56,180 nucleotides of DNA, taken from Asaia bogorensis (lineage in GTDB: Bacteria; Pseudomonadota; Alphaproteobacteria; SHVZ01). The notes under the pieces are model-generated. The model worked only from the letters and a program-made list of their open reading frames with translations. It was not told the DNA's origin and ran no database searches. Both the position numbers and the translations under genes were made by a program. The stretch covers positions 1-56,180 of the forward strand of contig CAMDFP010000002.1 of the NCBI GenBank assembly GCA_945897335.1, given 5' to 3'. This document shows positions 19,601 through 28,600 of the stretch, one piece after another (within the stretch, counting starts at the first letter, position 1; each line of letters starts with the position of its first letter).

Positions 19601-22600
19601 ACGCCACCGGCCAGCGCCAGCGCGCACTCGCCGTCGCGGATCGACCGGGCTGCGTAATGCACCGCCACCAGGGCGGACGAGCAGGCGGTGTCGAGTGCCA
19701 GGCTCGGGCCCTTGAGGTCGAGGAAATAGGCGATGCGGGCAGCGAGGATCGAGGTGGTGTTGCCCAGCAGCATCTGACCGGAGAGGCCGGTGCCGTCGCG
19801 CGGCAGGAGATGCACATAGTCGCCCTGCCCGGCCCCCACGAATACGCCGCAGGACGAGCCGCGGAGCGCATCCCGCGTCAGTCCGGCGTCTTCCAGCGCG
19901 TGCCAGGCCTCCTCGAGAAACAACCGTTGCTGCGGGTCCATGAATTCGGCTTCCTTCGGCGAGATGCCAAAGAACAGCGGGTCGAAACGGTCGACGCCGT
20001 CGATGAAGCCGCCCCAGCGGACCGCGGCCCTCTGGCGGTCGTCGGTCAGCACGCCATCATGCAACCCGGCCGGCCAGCGCTCCGGCGGGATCTCGACGAT
20101 CGAGCAGACGCCGTCCGAAAGATTCCGCCAGAAGCCTGCCGCATCCGATGCCCCGGGGAATCGGCAGGCGAGTCCGATGATGGCGACATCGTGATTCGTT
20201 TCTTTCCGATCGACCGCTTCGCGTCGGACCGGATCCGCCCGCTGTGGGGCAGAAACCGCGCGTTCCTGCGTCCGTACAGGAGGCGCCGCTTCCTGAACGA
20301 CCAGCTGGGTGCGGTCGACGAGGTTCCGGATGGTGCCGGCTTCGAGCAGCGCCCGCGCCTTCAGTCCGCCGCCATGCATGCGATTGAGCCGGTACGCGAT
20401 CTCTCCGGCCTGGACCAGGTCGACGCCGAGCGTGGCAAGCGGTGCATCGGGATCGGCATCCTCGACCGCCACCGTGAGCACGTCGGCAACGACCGCACGG
20501 ACGGCATCGACGAGATCGCCCCCGGGCGAGGATGAACGGACGGGCGCCGCCTTAACGGCCAGCGCCGGCGGAGTCGTCGGACGAGGTACCGGCCCGGCGC
20601 CGGTGGCCAGCAACACGGCAAGCGCTTCGAGGTCGGCGCAGCGACCGACCGCATCCAGGCCCGGCCGGAATCCGGCGACGGTCGCGAGCCGGTCGAGGAT
20701 GCCAGCGGCCGACTCCGGGCCAATGGCGAAGCTGGCCAGCGGTGCCTTGGCGTCGATGCCCTCTGGTGCCCGGTCAAGAGCGACGGCAACGGCCGCGCGC
20801 ACCGCGTCGAGCATGTCGGCCGTTCGTCCGTCACGCCTGGTCACTGCCGGCACGGCCGGCACGGCCGGAGCGGTAGCGCCGGCCGGCGCAGTCACGCGGC
20901 TGGCGACATGCGCGGCAAGCGCAGCGAGCGTCGGGTGGTCGTAGAGCCGGGCGGCCTCGAGGCCGGCGCCGAAACGGTCGTTGATCGCCTTGACCACTTC
21001 GACCGCGAGGATCGAGTCGAGGCCGAGATCGCCGAACCCGGCCGTCTCATCGATCGCGTCCGGCTCGACATAGAGAGCGTCGGCAACGATGCGGCGGATG
21101 GCGGCGTGGATCGCCGTGCCATCTCCTCCGCCGACGGCGCGCGGCAGCTCGCGGACCGGCTCGGGGGCTGCTGGCATTGCTGACAGCGGACGCGGCGGCT
21201 CCGGTGCGGCAGATCCGGTGACGAAGCCGGCCAGTGCCTCGATGGTGGGGTGGTCATAGAGGCGGGCGGCCTGCAACGTGGTGCCGAAGCTGACATTGAT
21301 CTCTCGTGCCAGCTCGACCGCGAGGATCGAGTCGAGACCGAGATCGGCGATTCCGGCAGTGACATCGATGCTGTCGGCGTCGACATAGAGCGCCGCCGCC
21401 ACCATGGCGCGGATGCGATCTAGCGCGTCGCTATGGTCGGGCACCAATCGCAATGCCGGCGCCACAGCAACCGGCGGTGGCGCCGCGACTGGCACCGCTT
21501 TGGCCGGTTCGGTCTGCGGAACGGCGGTGACGGTCGAAGCGGCGCCCGGCCGGCCGCGGAACCAATGTCGCGATCCCAGGAACGGCATGCCCGGCAACGT
21601 GACGCGACGACCGCGCGGCACGCCCGCGGCCGCCCAATCGATTGCGGCACCCGCGACCCAGAGCCGCGCCACCCGGCCAAGCCGGCCGCCGGCGATGAGC
21701 TCGCGAATAAGGTGATCGGTTGCCTCGCCCGGCTCCAGCGCCACGCCGTCGCCGGCAACGAACACGTCGCTTGCCGCGGCGCCGCCGGACAGCATCGCCG
21801 CCGCGGCGTCGAGCCGCCGGCCGAGATCCTGGTCAGCGCGAAAGACCAGCGCCGCGCGATGCGGCAACACCGCGCGCCCGACCATCAGCGTCCAGGCGAG
21901 GTCAATCGACGTCACCTCGCCCTCGCGCGCCGCCTCGGCGAGACGCGCCGCCATCGCCGGCAGCCGGTCCGCCGAGCGCGCCGACCACAGGATCAGCAGC
22001 GGACCGCCAGGCGCAGGCGAAGCCGTCGCAACCGGCGCCTCCTCCAACACGACATGGGCATAGGCGCCGCCGAAGCCGAAGGAGCTGACGCCGGCTCGAC
22101 GCCGCATGCCGCCGTCGCGGCGCGGCCAGGCGATCGCCTTGTCGGCGATGCGCAGCGGACTGCCGGCAAGGGTGATCAGCGGATTGGGTCGAGTGAAATG
22201 GATGGTCGGCGGGATCACGCCATGGCGGAGCGCCTGCACCGTCTTGATCAGGCCGGCGAGGCCGGCGGCCGGCTCCAGATGCCCGATGTTGGACTTGACC
22301 GAGCCGACCGCACAGCTTCCCGCGGCCCCGCCGCCGAGCCGACGAAATACAGCCTTCAGCCCCTCGATCTCGACCGGATCGCCGAGCTGAGTCCCGGTAC
22401 CATGCGCCTCGATCATGCCGAGGCTGGCGGCGGGCACGCCGGAGTCCGCGATGGCGGCGGCGATGACGTCGGCCTCGGCCACGGCGTCGGGCGCGGTGAT
22501 AGTCTGGGCATGCCCGCCATGGCCGACCGCAGAGCCGCGGATCACCGCCAGCACAGGATCGCCGTCGGCCAGCGCCGCGGCAAGCGGCTTCAGGACGATC

Positions 22601-25600
22601 GCCGCCACCCCCTCGCCCTTGACGTAGCCGTCGGCACCTGCGTCGAACACCCGGCAGCGGCCGTCGGACGACGCGACGCCGAGACGCTTCACGGTCTCCT
22701 CTGCATCGGGGCTGAGCATGAGGCTGACGCCGCCGGCGACCGCGATCTCCGCCTCGCCATGGCGCAGCGCCAGGACGGCACGATGCACCGCGACCAGGCT
22801 GCCGGAACACGCGGTGTCGACCGCCTCGCTCGGGCCGCGGAGATCGAACAGCCAGGAGATCCGGTTGGGCAGCAGGGCCGCGATGTTGCCGAGAGCCATC
22901 TGCGCCCGTGCCGTCTCGTCGAACGGCACCAGGGCGGCGTATTCATTGACTTGGCTCGCGAAGAACACGCCGACCCGCCGGCCGGCCAGCCCCGTGACAT
23001 CGATCCCGGCGCTCTCGAAGGCGTTCCAGGTAGCCTCCACGACGAGCCGATGCTGCGGGTCCATGAGCTGGGCATCGCGCACGGAGATGCCGAAGAAGGC
23101 ATTGTCGAACCGATCCACGCCGTCGAGATAACCGCCGCGGCCGCCACGCCTTCCGGTGATCGTCACGCGATCCTCCGGCATCGCGCCGACGAGGTCATGA
23201 CCCGACTCCAGATGGCGCCAGAACGCGTCGACATCCGGCGCGCCGGGGAAGCGGCCGGCCATGCCGATAATGGCGATCGCACGATCGTCACCCGACAGGC
23301 GCCGTTCTTGCGGGGCGGGCGCAGCCGCCGGCGCCGTGACAGATGGGGGCACGATGGTCGGCGGTGGGGCTGCCGCCGGCGGTGCTGCGCCGCCGATGCC
23401 GTGCTCGGCCGCGAGATAGTCCGCCAGCCGGGTGATGGTGCCGTGGGCGAAGAAGGCCGCCGGCGACACCGTCACGCCCCAGCGCTCGGAGATCTGCACG
23501 GCGAAGTCCTTGAGCGCGATCGAGTCGAAGCCGAAATCTGCGAGGTTGGCGTCGACCGGCAGCCGCTCGGCCGGCAGCTTCATCAGCGCCGCCACCATCG
23601 CCACCAGCAGCGGCACCACCTCGGTGCCGCTGGACGACGCGGGTGTCGCGGGCACTGGCCGCGGCGGCTCGCTCGCGCGTTCCGTCAACATCGCCCGGGC
23701 CGCATCGGCATCGGTGGGGAAAACGGCAACCTGGGCGTCGCCCGAGGCGACGGCAGCGTCGAGAAGATCGAGCGCCTCGCCGCTGGCGAGCGGTCGCAGC
23801 CCCGACGCAGCGCTGAACAAGGCGGTACCCTCGCTCGACATCACCTGACGTCCCTCGGCCCAGAGCGGCCAGTCGACCGCGACCGTGCGCCCCTGCCGTC
23901 GGCCAGCCAGCCGCTCGGCCTCGCGCCAGATGGCGAAGCGGTCGGCAAATGCGTTGGCCGCGGCGTAGTCGCACTGGCCGAAGTCGCCGAGCTCCGAGGC
24001 CAGCGAGGCGAAGGCGACGAAGAGCTGGAGCGGTCGATCGCCGATCGCAGCATCCAGCGCCGCGAGGCCACCAGCCTTGGCGCGCATGACCGCGAGCATG
24101 TCGTCCCAGCGCTTCTCGCTGACGATGCCCTGGCCCGGCACGCCGGCGAGATGGAAGACGGCCGCAAGCGCATCGAACCTTGCTTCGGCGGCCACCAATA
24201 CCGAGGCGAGCTGTTCGATCTCCGCGACATCGGCCCGCCAATAGCCCGCCTTGCCGCCCGCCGCCTCGACGGCGGCGATGGTCGCCGCCACCGCCTCGCC
24301 CGGAACCGAACGGCCGACCAGCGCGATGCGGGCGCCATGGCGCCTGGCCAAGCGGACAGCGAGCGCGCGGGCCAGCACCCCGCCACCGCCCGTGATGAGG
24401 CAAGGAGCGCCATCGGTCAGCGGCAGCGGCGATGCCGCTGCTATCACCGGCTCCAGCACACGCCGCAGCCGCTCGCCGTCGGCCAGGCGGATCTCGCGCG
24501 GGCCGGCAACGCCGAGCGACAACTCCCGGACGATCGCCGGGCCGGCCTCGGGCGCGATCGCAGCGACCTCCAAGGCGCGCACATGGGCGCGTCCGCCGAA
24601 GAACGCGATCGACCGGCCGAACGCCACCAGCGCCGCATCCGACGGCGCACCGACATGCACCACGAGCACGGGCACGGCCGGCCCCTTGGCCCGAAGCACG
24701 GTGCGGACGGCATCGAGCAACGCCTCGCCCGTCCTTCCGCTTGCCAGCACGACCACAGCGGTGGCACCTGGATCGACGGCATCGACGACACCGTCGCCGC
24801 CGGCCGACCGCCACGCCGCCTCCAGCGCCCGGGTCATCGCCGGCGTTCCGCCGACCACGGCAAGCGTACCCGCCGCCATCGCCGGCGCAGGAGCTGGAGC
24901 CGGGCGCCAACGCGGTGCCATCAGGGTTGCGGGGTCGGCGGTGCGAACCTCGACCGCCCTCGCGATCGGTACGCCCGCGTCCTTTATGTCGATCCAGTAC
25001 GGCGACAACTCGAATGGATAGGCAGGCACCGAGACGCGCCGGCCACCGGCGCCGATGTCGTCGAGATCGATGGTCTCACCGTCCCGGTAGCGGGCGGCGA
25101 GCGCTTCCAGCCGCGTCCATGCCGGATCGGACGATCCATTCAACGGCGTACCGGTGAGCGCACGTTTGAGATCTGCGATCGTGCCGACCACCACGGCCCA
25201 GCGCCGCTCGAACTGGGTGCGGCCCGCGGCAAGCGTGCGTGCAAGGTCGTCGAGCCGAGGCTCCGTCCCCTCGAGATGGGCGGCGAGGTCAGCCATGCGC
25301 CGGGCCAGCGCCGTCGGGGTCTTGGCCGACACCAGGATGAGCTGCGGACCCGCCGCGTCTACTCGCTCGACCGCCGCGGCCTCCTCGATCACGATGTGGC
25401 AATTGGTGCCGCTGAAGCCAAAGGAGCTGACGGCGGCCGAGCGCGGCTGGCCTTGCGCCGATCGCCACGGCTCCAGGGTCGTCGGAACGCGGAACGGCGT
25501 CTCGCCCAGGCGAAGCCTCGGATTCTCGGCGCGGAAGTGCAGCGAGGGATGGATCTCGCCATCCCTGACCGCCAGCACCGCCTTGATGAAACCGCCGATT

Positions 25601-28600
25601 CCCGCGGCATGCGCGGCATGGCCGACATTGGTCTTGACCGAGCCGATGGCGGCGCCGCCGCGGGGCACCGACCAATCGGCCCAGGCCCGCGACAGGCCTT
25701 CGATCTCGATCGGGTCGCCCAAGGGCGTGCCGGTGCCGTGCGCTTCGACATAGCCGATGCGGTTGGGGTCGATGCCGTTGCGGCGATAGGTCTCGCGCAT
25801 GAGCGCCGCCTGGCTTTCCGGGCTCGGCGCCGTGATGCCGTTGGTCTTGCCGTCCTGGTTGATGCCGGTGGCAACGATCACCGCCTCGATGTGGTCGCCG
25901 TCGGCGAGCGCGCGATCGAGACGCTTCAGCACGACGACGCCGGCTCCCTCGCCCGGCACGAAGCCGTCGGCGGCGACGTCGAAGGTGGCGCAGCGGCCTT
26001 TAGGCGACAGCATGCCGGCGGTCCCCGCGGCGATGTTGAAGCCTTTAGTCGTGTTGACGAACACACCGCCGGCCAGCGCCATGTCGCACTCGTCGTCGAG
26101 CAGGCTGCGGCAGGCGAGGTGCACCGCAACCAGCGACGACGAGCACGCGGTGTCGACCGTCATCGCCGGACCCTTGAGGTTCAGCATGTAGGCGATGCGG
26201 GCCGACAGGATCGAGGCGGCATTGCCCATGAACGCGAAGGCCTGTGGCTCGATGCCGGCCTGGACCATGCGATGGGTGTAGTCGCCGCCATGGGCGCCAA
26301 CGAAGACGCCGCAACGCCTGCCGTCGAGCGCCGTCTCGCCGTAGCCCGCATCTTCCAGCGCGTGCCACGCCTCCATCAGGAACACGCGGTGCTGCGGATC
26401 GGTCAGCTCGGCTTCCTTGCCGGAGATGCGGAGCGCCAGCGGATCGAAGCCTTCGGCATTGGGCAGAAAACCGCCCCAGAGCTGGAACGGATCGGGCTTG
26501 CCATCAGGTCCCAGGTCCGCCCGCCAGCGCGACGGCGGCACCTCGCCGATGCCCGAACGCCCCTCGCGCAGCATGCGGCGGAACGCCGTGAGGTCGCCGG
26601 CATCGGCAAAGCGCGCGGCCATACCGATCACGGCGATGCGGCGATCTCGCTCGGTACCGCGCTCGACTTTTGCGGTCGAGGCGAACGAACTTTCAGCCGG
26701 AGCGCGCCCGGTCTCCGCGACCAGGGTGCCCAGATGGGCACCGAGGTCGGCGACCGTCGGATGGTCGAACACCACGGTCGGCCGGAGGTCGATGCCGAAC
26801 GCCGCGTTGAGCTTTTCGACCAGCGCCACGCCGAGGATCGAATCCAGGCCGTAGTCCATGAACCGCGCTCGCCGATCGATATCCGCGGGCGCCATGGTGA
26901 GAACGCCGGCGACCGCCTCGGTGAGGAAGCGCTCGAGCTCGCCCGACGTCGGCGCTGCCACGCGCGGCTGCGGCGTCGCCGCCATCGGCTGCGACACGAC
27001 CAGCGCGGCCGGCGCCTGATCACGCGTGGTGGACAGCACCGCCTGGATCATGACGCCGTCCTCGCCGGTAAGCCCCTCCGCCTCGACGGCCGGGAACCCC
27101 GCGGTGGCAAGCGCCTGGCGCCAGCCGTCCACAGACAGTACGGGCGAACCGGGCAGCCGCTCATCCTCGAACGCCCACCAGCCATCGGTCAGGCCGAAGG
27201 TCAGCGTGGCGAAGTCCTGCGCCTGGGTGACTTCGTTCAGCACGAGGGCGGCGCCGGGAGCCATGATGCCGTGCAGGCGCGTCAGCACGTCGCCGATCCG
27301 CCGCGTCGCATGCAGCACGTTGGAGGCGATCACCACGTCGAATGGCCCGGCGACGGTGACCTCGGCAGACAGTGGGGCCTCCAAGTCGAGGACCGCGAAG
27401 CCGACGCGCTCGTCGCCGCCGAACTCGCGCCGGGCGGCGCCGACGAAGGCGCGCGCGACATCCGTGAACAGGTAGCTGACGTCCGGACCAAGCCGGGCGA
27501 GCAACGCACGCGTGGCCCCGCCGGTGCCGGCACCGACTTCCAGAATACGCAGCGACCGACGGCCCGCAACCACTGTCGAGACGCGTTCGGCCAGCAGGCC
27601 GTTGAGGTGATCGGCGAGCGGGTTGCCGCGATAGACCGCCTCGACGAGGTCGCCACGGCCGCCCGGGAACAGCACCTCCATGGCAGTGCGCCGGCCGGTC
27701 AGGACATCCGGATGGCCGGCGGTGGCCGCTGCCAGAAGGTCGAGGAACGGCTTGGCCGCCGGCGGGGCGGCCGAGCGCAGCCCCTCGACGTCGGCGGACG
27801 CCGGTACATTCGCGAGCCGGACGACGTTGCCCTCGGCGGCAAGTACGCCACCGCGGACGAGCATGTCGATCAGCGCATCAAAGAGCCGGGCGCGAGCGTC
27901 GATGACGCGAAGCCGCCGGCGTGCCCAGGCGCGGGTGAAGGTGCTGCGGCCCATGTCGAACAGGCCGAGCCGACGCATCGCTTCACCCAGCGCCGTGCGG
28001 CCCCACTCCTCCGCCGCGGCGAAGACGGCGCCGTGGGCGCGGAGCGTGGCCGGATCGATGACCGCCGGTGTTAGTGTGGTGGACACCGTCGGGTTCGGCG
28101 CAGGCGGGACAATACGCACCCGTTCGAACGGATCGCCCGGCAGCGACACCCGGCGAGCGCCGGCAACGAGCGCTATTGGCAGATCGACGGTTGAAACCGG
28201 CACCGTCGCCGACGCGATCCGGTCCAGGCCGGCCAGCACGGCCGCGCGATCCTTGGCCATGAATCCGGCGGCCACCGGCAGTCGGGCGCGGCCGGACGAC
28301 AACGTGAATGAGAGGTCGCGCAGCTCCATCTCCGGCGTCGCCGTCACCGCGACTCTGATGGCCGCTGCCCGGCGCTTCAGGGCTGCCTCGGTCCGGGCGG
28401 AGATCGCAATCGGGAACGGGCCCGAGGCTGGCGCGCGCGGCGCAAGGTCCGGCGCTTCCTCGATTACGATATGGACGTTGGTGCCGCTGAAGCCGAAGGA
28501 GCTGACGGCCGCCCGCCGCGGCGCGCCGGCGACCCGCGGCCATGGCTCGGCCCGGGTCGGCACCGTGAACGGGCTGACCTTGAGGTCGATGCGCGGGTTG

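Noticed and set aside
21433-28074. 2213-aa plus-strand ORF in the track, together with similar giants at 10678-14808, 33987-36953, 3056-5605, 46577-48859, 38559-40415 and others.
   Set aside because: All lie antisense to, or out of frame with, genes that show strong PKS/P450 domain homology. Their translations are Arg/Ala/Gly/Pro-rich low-complexity strings with no recognisable motifs. Stop-poor alternative frames are expected at this GC content, so these are shadow ORFs.
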